From Candidatus Woesearchaeota archaeon (GTDB lineage Archaea; Nanobdellota; Nanobdellia; Woesearchaeales; UBA525), in assembly GCA_014874255.1 (NCBI GenBank), contig JACWAN010000086.1, positions 1 to 59,473 on the forward strand: DNA of 59,473 bases. The letters run 5' to 3'. This document shows, piece by piece, positions 21,335 through 30,297 of this stretch. The notes under the pieces are model-generated. The model did no database searches, was not told the origin of the DNA, and saw only the letters and a list, made by a program, of their open reading frames with translations. Both the position numbers and the translations under genes were made by a program. How positions within the stretch are numbered: the first letter of the stretch is position 1; each line of letters starts with the position of its first letter.

Positions 21335-22663
21335 GTGGCGTTCCTGGACACGATTCTCGACAACCTGCCAGAGGTGCAGGCGCCGACGCAGAAGAAGCTC
21401 TCCTTCAAGGAGAAGGCGAAGTGGAGCATCATCATCCTGACCCTCTACTTCCTCCTCGGCATGGTCCCCGTCTTCGGCCTCGGGAGCAACGCGCTCAGCC
21501 AGTTCCAGTTCCTCGAGATCGTGCTCGGCGCGAGCTTCGGCAGCATCATCACCCTCGGCATCGGCCCCATCGTCACCGCGTCCATCGTGCTGCAGCTGCT
21601 GAACGGCGCCGGGATCGTGAAGTTCGACCTCACCAGCCATGAGGGAAAAGCGAGATTCCAGGGCATCCAGAAGCTGCTCAGCGTCTTCTTCGTCATCCTC
21701 GAGGGCTTCATCTACGTCCTGACCGGCGGCCTCGCCCCAATCGCGGGCATGCCGGCGTGGTTCCTCGTCTTCCAGCTCTTCCTCGGCGGCGTCCTCATCA
21801 TGTTCATGGACGAGGTCGTGACGAAGTGGGGCTTCGGCTCCGGCATCAGCCTCTTCATCGCCGCCGGCGTCTCGAAGGAGGTCTTCATCCGCGCCTTCAA
21901 CTGGCTGCCCTCCCCGACAAACCCCGACATCCCCTCCGGCGCGATCCCCGCGATCTTCAAGAGCCTCTCGAACGGCGACCCGCAGACCGCGCTCATCGAG
22001 ATGTCCGTCATCGTCGCCACGATCGTCGTCTTCTTCGTCGTCGTGTACACGCAGGCGATGAAGGTGGAGATCCCGCTGAGCTTCGGCCGCGTCCGCGGCT
22101 ACGGCATCCGGTGGCCGCTCAACTTCTTCTACACGAGCAACATCCCCGTCATCCTGGTGGCTGCGCTGCTGGCGAACTTCCAGCTCCTCGGCCGGCTCAT
22201 CCCGAGCCTGTCCTGGCTCGCGAGCCTCATCAACCAGCCGAACGTGCTCCAGCAGCTCATCACTGGTAGCTTCGGCTGGACGAGCGTCTGGCAGACGCTG
22301 ATCTACGTCGTCATCTTCGTCATCGGCAGCGTCATCTTCGGCCTCTTCTGGGTCCAGACCGCCGGACTGGACCCGCGGTCGCAGGCGAAGCAGATCATGT
22401 CCTCCGGCCTCCAGATCCCCGGCTTCCGGAAGGACGAACGGGTATTGGAACGGCTGCTCGCCCGGTACATCTGGCCGCTCACCGTCGTCGGCAGCATCGC
22501 CGTCGGCGCGCTCGCCGCGCTCGCGGACCTGACCGGCGCCCTTGGCTCGGGGACGGGCATCCTCCTGACCGTCATGATTGTCTACCAGCTCTACCAGCAG
22601 ATTGCGCAGCAGCACCTCATGGACATGAACCCCGCGATGCGGAAGTTCATGAGCGGCCACTGA
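21335..22663 (+). CDS. secY: Protein translocase subunit SecY
   Basis: LGIGPIVTASIVLQLL, WGFGSGISLFIAAGV, YTSNIPVIL, QIPGFR, GTGILL; GTG start. Confidence 0.97.
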   Translation: MAFLDTILDNLPEVQAPTQKKLSFKEKAKWSIIILTLYFLLGMVPVFGLGSNALSQFQFLEIVLGASFGSIITLGIGPIVTASIVLQLLNGAGIVKFDLTSHEGKARFQGIQKLLSVFFVILEGFIYVLTGGLAPIAGMPAWFLVFQLFLGGVLIMFMDEVVTKWGFGSGISLFIAAGVSKEVFIRAFNWLPSPTNPDIPSGAIPAIFKSLSNGDPQTALIEMSVIVATIVVFFVVVYTQAMKVEIPLSFGRVRGYGIRWPLNFFYTSNIPVILVAALLANFQLLGRLIPSLSWLASLINQPNVLQQLITGSFGWTSVWQTLIYVVIFVIGSVIFGLFWVQTAGLDPRSQAKQIMSSGLQIPGFRKDERVLERLLARYIWPLTVVGSIAVGALAALADLTGALGSGTGILLTVMIVYQLYQQIAQQHLMDMNPAMRKFMSGH

Positions 22664-22682
22664 GCCGGACGAGAGGAAGAAA

Positions 22683-23438
22683 ATGTTCGAAGCGATCCTC
22701 GATCCTGTGATGCGTCCCCTCCTCTCTCTCCCCTCGTTCTGGGCGATCTTCCTCATCTCGTTCCTCATCACGCTGGCGATCACGCTCGTCTACAAGTTCA
22801 CGACGGACCAGGCGCGGATGCGCCACCTCAAGGGCGAGCTGAAGAAGTTCCAGGAGAAGATGAAGAAGGCGCGGAACGACCCCGAGAAGCTGATGAAGCT
22901 CCAGCAGGAGTCGATGAGCCTCAATTTCGAGCTGATGAAGCACAGCTTCAAGCCGACGCTCTACACCTTCATCCCGATCATCATCATCTTCGGCTGGCTC
23001 AACGCGTCGATGGCGTTCTACAACATCGCGCCCGGCCAGCAGTTCAACATCACGGCTTCCTTCTCGCCCGGCGTCGTCGGGAACGCCTCGATCGCCTTCA
23101 TCCCGGCGAACGTCTCCCTCGTCCCGAACGACACCGTGCCGATCGTCGACTCCCAGGCGACGTGGACGCTCTCCGCGGATGCGGGCACGTACAAGGCGAC
23201 CGTGACGCACGGCAGCGACGCGGTGGAGAAGACCTTCCTCATCAGCCCGGAGCGGAAGTACGAGGCGCCCGTGCAGACGTACAGCGGCGCCATCAGCAAG
23301 GTGACGGTGAGCAACGAGCCCGTGCACCCGCTCGAGCCGGTCTCGCTCTTCGGCTGGCACCCCGGCTGGCTGGGCACGTACATCATCTTCAGCATCCTCC
23401 TCAGCATCCTGCTCCGGAAGATCCTGAACGTCGTGTGA
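22683..23438 (+). CDS. DUF106/EMC3-TMCO1 (Oxa1 superfamily) membrane insertase with extracytoplasmic insertion
   Basis: TM helix, coiled coil, MKHSFKP..YT.IPII, GWLGTYIIFS; canonical position after secY. Confidence 0.85.
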   Translation: MFEAILDPVMRPLLSLPSFWAIFLISFLITLAITLVYKFTTDQARMRHLKGELKKFQEKMKKARNDPEKLMKLQQESMSLNFELMKHSFKPTLYTFIPIIIIFGWLNASMAFYNIAPGQQFNITASFSPGVVGNASIAFIPANVSLVPNDTVPIVDSQATWTLSADAGTYKATVTHGSDAVEKTFLISPERKYEAPVQTYSGAISKVTVSNEPVHPLEPVSLFGWHPGWLGTYIIFSILLSILLRKILNVV

Positions 23439-23450
23439 ATGGCGATAGTC

Positions 23451-24626
23451 CTAGCGGGATTTCTGATTTCCTTCTTCTGCGACTTTCTTCAGATACTCCA
23501 GAAATAGTGTGTGAAAAATTTGATATCTCCCTCTCTCAGGCTTGTTCAGTACCCCTTTTCTCAGCAACTCCTTGAAGTAAGGCGATACAAAATTTTTCGG
23601 TTTTTCAGTCCACTCTACCGCTTCATTGAACGTGAATTCTAGTCCTTTAATGTTGGACGCGATTTTCAATAGGATCTCTTTCGCGCGTGGTGTGAGCGGG
23701 CGGTACATCGGAGAGAAAAAATCCTGCGCAAGTCGCGCATTTATTTTCTCTTCCGACCTATGCAGGATGCCCTCTGTTAAATGGGTCTCTTTCTCCTCGA
23801 GAGAATCAAAGAGCAGATAGCACATCGCCACAAGCACGTACGGATGTCCTTCACACCTCTTTGCGATGCGTTGCAGTACATCGTCATCTATTCCGACATC
23901 AACCGTGGCGAGCTTGCGTATTATGTAACTTCGTACTTCATCCTCATTAAATGGTGCGAGACGTGACGACGGGAAAAACCTGTTTAACGGCGAGAACGAT
24001 TCTGACATTCGTTCAGGGAAATTGAGCTTTCCTGCAAGCACAACCATATATTTCTGCTCCGTCGAGATTCTCTGGAGTACTTCTCTCAGGAAGGTGAGAA
24101 TGCCCTCTACGCTCTCCAACGACTCCGCTTCGTCAATAAGTAACAGGATGGCTTTGTACTCTTCTTTGGTCTCGTTCCATAGTCTGGCGAGCCGTTCGCG
24201 AAACATCTCTTGGACTACCTGTTGCCTTTCCACTGTGAGGCGGGCATCTTTCCATCCAATCGTCGGTTTGAGTGTGTCGATCCAGTCCTTCATGTTCTCG
24301 ATTTTCTTTCCTACGGGCTTTCTACTGAGAATCTCCCTTTTCAGATTGGCTGTTATGTAATCTGTGAAATCCACGATATTTTTGACGTTACCGTCATAGT
24401 TTGAGAGTCTGAGCGTAAGGCATTCGTTGCGTCGTCCTATATCTTCGAACTTCATCAGTACTGAGGTCTTTCCCATCCCCTTGTTTCCAGTAATCGCCAT
24501 GTTCATCGGGGATCCATGAATTGTTTGGCTGAGATGCTTCTCGAATTCTGTGATCTCGGGTTCTCTGCCTACGAAGAAGTCCGGTCTGGCCGGTTGTTGG
24601 GGATTGAATGGATTGTAGCGTATCAT
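23451..24626 (-). CDS. Archaeal AAA+/STAND-like ATPase with C-terminal winged helix
   Basis: NPF...FVGRE.E, Walker A GNKGMGKT, Walker B LLLIDEAE, GHPY motif; visibly lower GC than flanks. Confidence 0.85.
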   Translation of the reverse strand: MIRYNPFNPQQPARPDFFVGREPEITEFEKHLSQTIHGSPMNMAITGNKGMGKTSVLMKFEDIGRRNECLTLRLSNYDGNVKNIVDFTDYITANLKREILSRKPVGKKIENMKDWIDTLKPTIGWKDARLTVERQQVVQEMFRERLARLWNETKEEYKAILLLIDEAESLESVEGILTFLREVLQRISTEQKYMVVLAGKLNFPERMSESFSPLNRFFPSSRLAPFNEDEVRSYIIRKLATVDVGIDDDVLQRIAKRCEGHPYVLVAMCYLLFDSLEEKETHLTEGILHRSEEKINARLAQDFFSPMYRPLTPRAKEILLKIASNIKGLEFTFNEAVEWTEKPKNFVSPYFKELLRKGVLNKPERGRYQIFHTLFLEYLKKVAEEGNQKSR

Positions 24627-24803
24627 CGCAGAATAAAATGTATGGGAAGTATATATATTTTATAATATTTTAAATACTTTTTCTCTTTAAATTATTATCC
24701 TTATAGAAAATAATTAATTTCTTTTCCAGTTATCTTTTTAAAGGGTCCGTCGCTCCGCATGGCTCTCGCTTGGCAGCTGAGTAACATTCGAGCGTGAAAC
24801 ACC

Positions 24804-25067
24804 ATGGTCCAAGGAAAGTTCAAGAGCGGCCACTACCGCCGGGTCCACGTCCGGATGCCGGGCGGCACGACCGAACTGAAGTTCAAGGAGCGCACGTCGA
24901 AGCAGCCGCACTGCGCGGACTGCGGACGGCCCCTCCCCGGCATCCCGCGGATGAGCACGACAGAGGCGAAGAACGCGACCAAGACGCAGAAGCGGCCCGA
25001 GCGGCCGTTCGGCGGCGTCCTGTGCAGCCCCTGCCTCCGGAAGCGGATGACGGAACAGCTGAAGTGA
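24804..25067 (+). CDS. rpl34e: 50S ribosomal protein eL34
   Basis: RMPGG, CADCG..L.G, KRPERPFGG.LCSPC. Confidence 0.95.
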   Translation: MVQGKFKSGHYRRVHVRMPGGTTELKFKERTSKQPHCADCGRPLPGIPRMSTTEAKNATKTQKRPERPFGGVLCSPCLRKRMTEQLK

Positions 25068-25123
25068 AAGCCTCTCCGGGATTGCGGCGACGCGTCCCGA
25101 TTCTCGAGAGGAGGTGAACCAGG

Positions 25124-25525
25124 ATGGCAATGTACGATACCGGAAGGATCTGCCTCAAGATGGCGGGCCGCGACGCGGGCAGGAAGTGCGTCATCGTCGA
25201 CGTCCTCGACGCGAACACGGTGCTGATCGACGGCGAGACGCGCCGCAGGAAGTGCAATGTCAGGCACCTCGAGCCGCTCAACGAGACGGTCGACCTGAAG
25301 AAAGGAGCGTCGACGAAGGACGTCGCTGTCGCACTGAAGAAGCTCGGCATCGCCGTCACGGAGACGAAGCCGAAGAAGGCGGCGCAGAAGCCGACGCGCG
25401 TCCGCAAGGCGAAGGCGAAGCCCGCCGACGAGCCGAAGAAGCCCGTCAGGAAGGCGGCGAAGCCCGCGAAACTCGTCGAGGCAGAGCCCGTCGACGTCGA
25501 CGGCGTCACGCCCGCGGACGAGTAA
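25124..25525 (+). CDS. rpl14e: 50S ribosomal protein eL14 with AK-rich tail
   Basis: GRICLKMAGRDAG..CVIVD, RRRKCNVRHLEP. Confidence 0.95.
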   Translation: MAMYDTGRICLKMAGRDAGRKCVIVDVLDANTVLIDGETRRRKCNVRHLEPLNETVDLKKGASTKDVAVALKKLGIAVTETKPKKAAQKPTRVRKAKAKPADEPKKPVRKAAKPAKLVEAEPVDVDGVTPADE

Positions 25526-25561
25526 ACCCTCTTTTCCCTTTCCTTTTTCCCGTTTCTCTCC

Positions 25562-25766
25562 GGCTCTTAGGCGAATCACGTCCGTGGCCGTCACCGGCTG
25601 CTCGGCAATCGCTTCTCCTCTCGAAAGCGCTCCTCCCCGTAAGGGGCATGGTCACTCCATTCCCAGGTTCCTCGGAGCCTCGGAACCATCCCCTCCGTCG
25701 CGCTCCGCCCCCCTTCCTCGCTCGCCTCACCCTCTGGCCGGTGACGACTCCATCTGCCTAAGAGCC
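25562..25766 (-). mobile_element. MITE (family B), copy 3, inverted
   Basis: TIRs GGCTCTTAGGCGAAT / ATCTGCCTAAGAGCC; degenerate 9-bp TSD TTTCTCTCC / TTTCTATTC. Confidence 0.75.
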
Positions 25767-25811
25767 TTTCTATTCGCAATCAATAAAAAGGCTCGCCCCG
25801 CATATATCGTC

Positions 25812-26783
25812 ATGGCAGACTACTTCGACAGCCTCAAGAAGTCCTTTACGGACGCGTACCGCAACCCCTCGCTCTTCGTCCCGCTCCTCACGCAGGCGCT
25901 CGTCACCGTGCTCCTCCTCCTCCTCTTCCTCGTCGGCGGCGCTGCGATGCTCTTCTCCGCAGCCGGGCTGAATATACTCCTCGACGCGCAATCCTTCGTC
26001 TGGACCGCGCAGCTCGTCCTCTTCGCGATCATCTTCGCTCTCGTCGGGCTGCTCGCCCTCCTCGTGGTCGGCGCGTGGTTCACCGCCGGGCTGCTCGGCA
26101 TGGTCAACGACGTCACCGACGGCAAGCGCGCGACCGGCCAGGCGTTCTTCGCCGCGGCGAAGGCGTTCTACGTGCCGGTGCTCCTCTACACGCTCCTCCG
26201 CGTCGGCCTCTTCCTCCTCGCGGCGTTGCCGTTCCTCGTCGTGCTCGTCGCGTTCCTCGGGACGCTCGCGGCGCCGAAGCTCGCGCTCATCGTGCTGCTC
26301 GCCGTCTTCCTCCTCGTCTTCGTCGTCCTCGCCGTCTTCCTCGGCTTCGGCCTCTTCTTCGCCGAGCCGGCGCTGATTCGCGACCGCCTCTCGGCGTGGC
26401 AGGCGGCGAAGCGGAGCTTCCGCCTCTTGCGCGACCGGACGGGCTACGTCGTGCTGAGCGCTCTCACGGTCATCGTCGTCGCGCTCGTCGTGGCGGCAGT
26501 TGCCTCGATCCTCTCCCTGCCGGGCGCGTTCCTCGCGGCCGCCGGTCCGGGCGGCGTGGTCGCGTTCGTCCTCCTCCTCATCGTCCGGCTCGCGCTCCAG
26601 TTCTTCCTCGCCCTCGTCATCCTCCTCTTCACGTTCCGGATGTATGCGGATGCCGAGGAGAAGAAGAGCGCATCAAGATCGGACACCAAGAAGATCCTCG
26701 TCAAAGACCCTCCGAGAAGATCCGCGAAGAAGACCGGCTCAAAGGACGTCAAGAAGAAACGGACAAGGAAGACGAAGAAGTAG
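25812..26783 (+). CDS. Multi-pass membrane protein with basic C-terminal tail
   Basis: About 7 hydrophobic segments; start at ATG 25812, 30 nt after a TATA-like box. Confidence 0.75.
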   Translation: MADYFDSLKKSFTDAYRNPSLFVPLLTQALVTVLLLLLFLVGGAAMLFSAAGLNILLDAQSFVWTAQLVLFAIIFALVGLLALLVVGAWFTAGLLGMVNDVTDGKRATGQAFFAAAKAFYVPVLLYTLLRVGLFLLAALPFLVVLVAFLGTLAAPKLALIVLLAVFLLVFVVLAVFLGFGLFFAEPALIRDRLSAWQAAKRSFRLLRDRTGYVVLSALTVIVVALVVAAVASILSLPGAFLAAAGPGGVVAFVLLLIVRLALQFFLALVILLFTFRMYADAEEKKSASRSDTKKILVKDPPRRSAKKTGSKDVKKKRTRKTKK

Positions 26784-26788
26784 TCCTC

Positions 26789-28438
26789 TTATCTCTTCAG
26801 CAGGCCGAACAGCGTCGTCAGGTCGAGCTCGAAAGCGGCGGCGGGCATGGTGAGACCGAAGTTCTCCAGCGCCCGCGGGTGGAGCTCGCCGATATACGCG
26901 AGGTCTTCTTTGTCGACGCTGACGCGCGCCGCTCTCCCCGGGATGAAGGATGCGTGCGCCGTCTCCTCGTATTCTGGCGTGATAGAAAGCTTGGCGAAGA
27001 GGTCGTCCAGTATCTGCCTGATGGCTGTGTAGTCCGCGTCCTCGCCGCAGAGGACGACGGCCAGCCGCTCCTTCTCCTTGACGCCTGTTTCGGTGTCGCC
27101 TTTCGAGAAGACGCGGCCGATCTCGAACAATCGCTGCGGATACTCATGGCGCTTGTTCCGCTGCAGCGTCTCCATCAAGGAGGGCAGTATCCACGCGCGC
27201 AAGGTGTCGTACTCCTCGCTGACGCTGCTCGCGAGCGCGACGACGTCCGCTTTCAGGAGCATCCGTGCGGTCTGCGTCTCTTTCCCGACGAGGTTGTAGC
27301 TCTTGCATTCGAGGAGGCCGTGGCCGACGAGCAACAGGCGTAGTTTCGTCTCGAATACCGCGAGCGGCGCTTCCTGTCCCGGCGTCGCGACGTTCGGGAT
27401 CGTCTCTTTCACGTGCTCGTATCCGTACGCGATCGCGACGTCCTCCGCGAGATCGGCTTGGTGGAGGATGTCCGTCCGGTACGCAGGGATCAGGACGGAA
27501 TTCTTCTCGTACCCGTATCCCATCTTCGCGAAGAGCTTCTTGAACTCGTCGTCCTTCAGCTCCAGCCCCAACAGCTTGTTGATGTAGTTCCCGTCGACGG
27601 TCATCTTCCTCGGCCGCAGGTCGGGCGTGACGATCTTCTTGTCAGGATACTGGAGCTCGAGGCCGTGGAGCTCGCCGCCCATCTCCGCGAGCGCGGCCAC
27701 GACCATGGCGAGGCACTCCTGCAGGACGCGGAGGTCGAAGCCGCTGCACTCGACGAACACCTCGGTCGTGCTCTCGGTGATCTTCCCGGTGAGGTGGCTG
27801 TTGATGATTGGCGTGAGGGAGAGGATGTTCCCTTTCGCGTCGACGAAGCACGCGTACTTGTCCAGGCCGGCGAGGAGGTGCGCGTACTCTTTCCCTTTCG
27901 GATGCTCCGCGAGTATCTGCTGCGCGGTCATCTCCCCTCTCGCCTCGAGCGGACGGAATTTTATGTCAGCGGGTTTCATCCCTTTGAACGTGATGGGGAA
28001 GGTGATCTGTTCGCAGGGGTAGATGCCGATCGCCAGCCGTTTCCGGTTGCGGCCGAACGTGACGTGCAGCTTCTCCTGGACCTGGATGATCTCCTTCAGC
28101 CGCTCGTCAGTCATCTTCAGCTTCTTGACGACGGCGCACGCGGTGAACGGCCTGCACGAGGCGACGCTCTTCTCGATGATCACGTTCTGCGTCGGCTTCT
28201 TCACGTCGTACGTCCGCAGCCCGGGCTTCGCGCCGATGAACGCGGCGAACGCTCGTCCGAACCCTTGCTGGCTCAACAGGTCCGGCCGGTTCGGGAAGAT
28301 CTCGACATTGATCGCGTCGCCCTCGATGCCTTCGAGATCCGTCCCGAGCATGCTGATACGGTCTTTCAGCCGCTCGTCGGAGAGCTTCACGCCCGCTTCC
28401 CGGAGGAGTTCCTTCTTGCTGAGGGTGATCGTCGGCAT
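26789..28438 (-). CDS. pheT: Phenylalanine--tRNA ligase beta subunit (archaeal type)
   Basis: MPTI, PNRPDLLS, QEKLH.T.GRNRK, YRTDILH.ADLAEDVAIAYGY. Confidence 0.96.
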   Translation of the reverse strand: MPTITLSKKELLREAGVKLSDERLKDRISMLGTDLEGIEGDAINVEIFPNRPDLLSQQGFGRAFAAFIGAKPGLRTYDVKKPTQNVIIEKSVASCRPFTACAVVKKLKMTDERLKEIIQVQEKLHVTFGRNRKRLAIGIYPCEQITFPITFKGMKPADIKFRPLEARGEMTAQQILAEHPKGKEYAHLLAGLDKYACFVDAKGNILSLTPIINSHLTGKITESTTEVFVECSGFDLRVLQECLAMVVAALAEMGGELHGLELQYPDKKIVTPDLRPRKMTVDGNYINKLLGLELKDDEFKKLFAKMGYGYEKNSVLIPAYRTDILHQADLAEDVAIAYGYEHVKETIPNVATPGQEAPLAVFETKLRLLLVGHGLLECKSYNLVGKETQTARMLLKADVVALASSVSEEYDTLRAWILPSLMETLQRNKRHEYPQRLFEIGRVFSKGDTETGVKEKERLAVVLCGEDADYTAIRQILDDLFAKLSITPEYEETAHASFIPGRAARVSVDKEDLAYIGELHPRALENFGLTMPAAAFELDLTTLFGLLKR

Positions 28439-28439
28439 T

Positions 28440-30005
28440 TTATCTCAACCATGCCTTCACAGTCTTCAGTTGTTCGAGGTCGTTCCGGTAGAGGTCTCGG
28501 AGGTCCTCGAAGCCGTAATACTCCTTGATGATGCGTTCCATGCCGAGGCCCCACGCCAGCACGGGGACGTCCTTGCCGAGGATAGTCTTCACGACCTCCG
28601 GTCGGAAGATGCCTGCGCCGCCGAGCTCGACCCATTGCTTCTTGCGCGGGTCCCAGACATCCACTTCCGCGCTCGGCTCTGTGTAGGGGAAGTGCGCCGG
28701 CCGGATCCTGACGTCGGGGAAGCCCATCTTGCCGAAGAACTCGCGCAAGTACCCTTTCAAATGGCGCAGGTCCGCGTGCTCGTCGACGACGATGCCTTCC
28801 ACCTGGTGGAACTCGAAGAGATGCTTCCAGTCGAGGGCTTCGTTCCGGTAGACCTTGCTGACGCTGAAGTACTTTCCCGGGATGCGGCACTTCCCCTCTT
28901 TTATCTTGAGAAGCGTCTGCGCGGACAGCACGGTCGTGTGCGTGCGCAATAAATTTTTTGCTGCTTCCTCGTCGCTGAACGTGTACCGCCATCCGAGGCT
29001 GCCTGTGTCGCCGCCGTTCTCATGCGCTGCTTTCACTTTCTTGAGGAGCGCGGCGGGCAGCTTGCCCTTCGCCGGGTCCTTGAGGTAGAACGTGTCCTGC
29101 ATCTCCCGCGCGGGGTGGTCCTGCGGGACGAACAGCGAGTCGAGGTCCCAGAACGCGGTCTGGACGTGGCTGCCTTCCATCTCCTCGAAGCCGAGGTCGA
29201 GCCAGATCCGCTTGATGTAGTCGATCGCCTCGTTGACGAAATGGGCGCGGCCGCCGGTCTTTCTCGGGACGTTGATCGTGACGTTGTACGGCCGGAAGAT
29301 GAAATTAGTCCTCTTCCAAAGTTCCTCTTTAAGGATTTCAGGAGTGTTTTTTTCGATGACTCTCTGAACTCCTCCGGATGTTGCCTGCACTTTCACTTTT
29401 TCTCCCAGGGGCGTGAGTGTGTAGTTTTTCTCTTTTCGCTTCTCGATGGTCGCGTAGCCCTGGCGCTTCGCCAGCTCCGTCGCGGCGCGTCTCTCCTCGA
29501 CGGTCATCGCGCCGACGCTGAGCCGCCAGCCGGCCTTCGCCGCTTTCCCGAGGAGCGCCTGCTCCCCCGATTCGGGGATCTTCAGCGCGTCCACCCACTT
29601 GAACGCGGGCTTGCCGTCGATCGTGACGAAGGGGATGTCGCGCTTCTTGAGGATGCCGACGACCGCGCCCACGGCTTGCTTGTCGTACGCAGGCAGCACG
29701 GCCGCGATGGCGGCGACGGTGAGCGTCTTCTGCTCCTTGAGCGCTTTCAGCGCGTGCAGCTCCGGCAAGCCGTCTTTCGCCGCCTTCTGGCCGCGTTCGA
29801 GGACGACGAGGGCTTCCTGCTCCTCGGTCTTGATTGTGAGGCAGCCCTTGCCTTCGAGCCACTGGAGGCTGCGCATCGCCTCGACGTCCTGCATGCCTGC
29901 GGCGGCCGCGAGCTCGGAGAGCGTGCCGCTCTTCTGGAGATGGGGCGCCGCCTTCCGTTCGAGGGGGCTGAGCCCTTGCGCCAGCTTCGCGACGTCGTCC
30001 GTCAT
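28440..30005 (-). CDS. pheS: Phenylalanine--tRNA ligase alpha subunit (archaeal long type)
   Basis: VPQDHPAREMQDTFY, LRTHTT, EFHQVEG, FPYTEPS, AWGLGMER. Confidence 0.96.
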   Translation of the reverse strand: MTDDVAKLAQGLSPLERKAAPHLQKSGTLSELAAAAGMQDVEAMRSLQWLEGKGCLTIKTEEQEALVVLERGQKAAKDGLPELHALKALKEQKTLTVAAIAAVLPAYDKQAVGAVVGILKKRDIPFVTIDGKPAFKWVDALKIPESGEQALLGKAAKAGWRLSVGAMTVEERRAATELAKRQGYATIEKRKEKNYTLTPLGEKVKVQATSGGVQRVIEKNTPEILKEELWKRTNFIFRPYNVTINVPRKTGGRAHFVNEAIDYIKRIWLDLGFEEMEGSHVQTAFWDLDSLFVPQDHPAREMQDTFYLKDPAKGKLPAALLKKVKAAHENGGDTGSLGWRYTFSDEEAAKNLLRTHTTVLSAQTLLKIKEGKCRIPGKYFSVSKVYRNEALDWKHLFEFHQVEGIVVDEHADLRHLKGYLREFFGKMGFPDVRIRPAHFPYTEPSAEVDVWDPRKKQWVELGGAGIFRPEVVKTILGKDVPVLAWGLGMERIIKEYYGFEDLRDLYRNDLEQLKTVKAWLR

Positions 30006-30118
30006 ACGATGCGGGACGGGCAGGGTTCTTTTAAATAGTTATGGCGACAGAAGATATTACTATATAGAAAATAAATAATCCTCCTCAACCTCATCGCTAT
30101 GACCTCCGCCTTTTCCTC

Positions 30119-30238
30119 CGTTCTCATCGCCACGGCCGGTTGTTCTCCCTCCGGTCCGAGGAAAGAACGGGCGCTCACGCAGATGGTCCGCGGACCATGT
30201 TCGCGCCCGGGTCTTGTGCCAAGGTGGCGATGAGAACG
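30119..30238. repeat. Structured intergenic element family A, copy 3
   Basis: 15-bp outer stem CGTTCTCATCGCCAC/GTGGCGATGAGAACG, AAG bulge, apical ATGGTCC-GC-GGACCAT. Confidence 0.8.
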
Positions 30239-30297
30239 TCGTAGATGGAGATATTCATGGGAAAAACTATTAGAACGCGGAGGACTTCCGTTTTCCC

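Noticed and set aside
24740..24800. Displaced DUF106 3' end after the ATPase islet
   Set aside because: No convincing nucleotide or peptide match to ...LRKILNVV-stop
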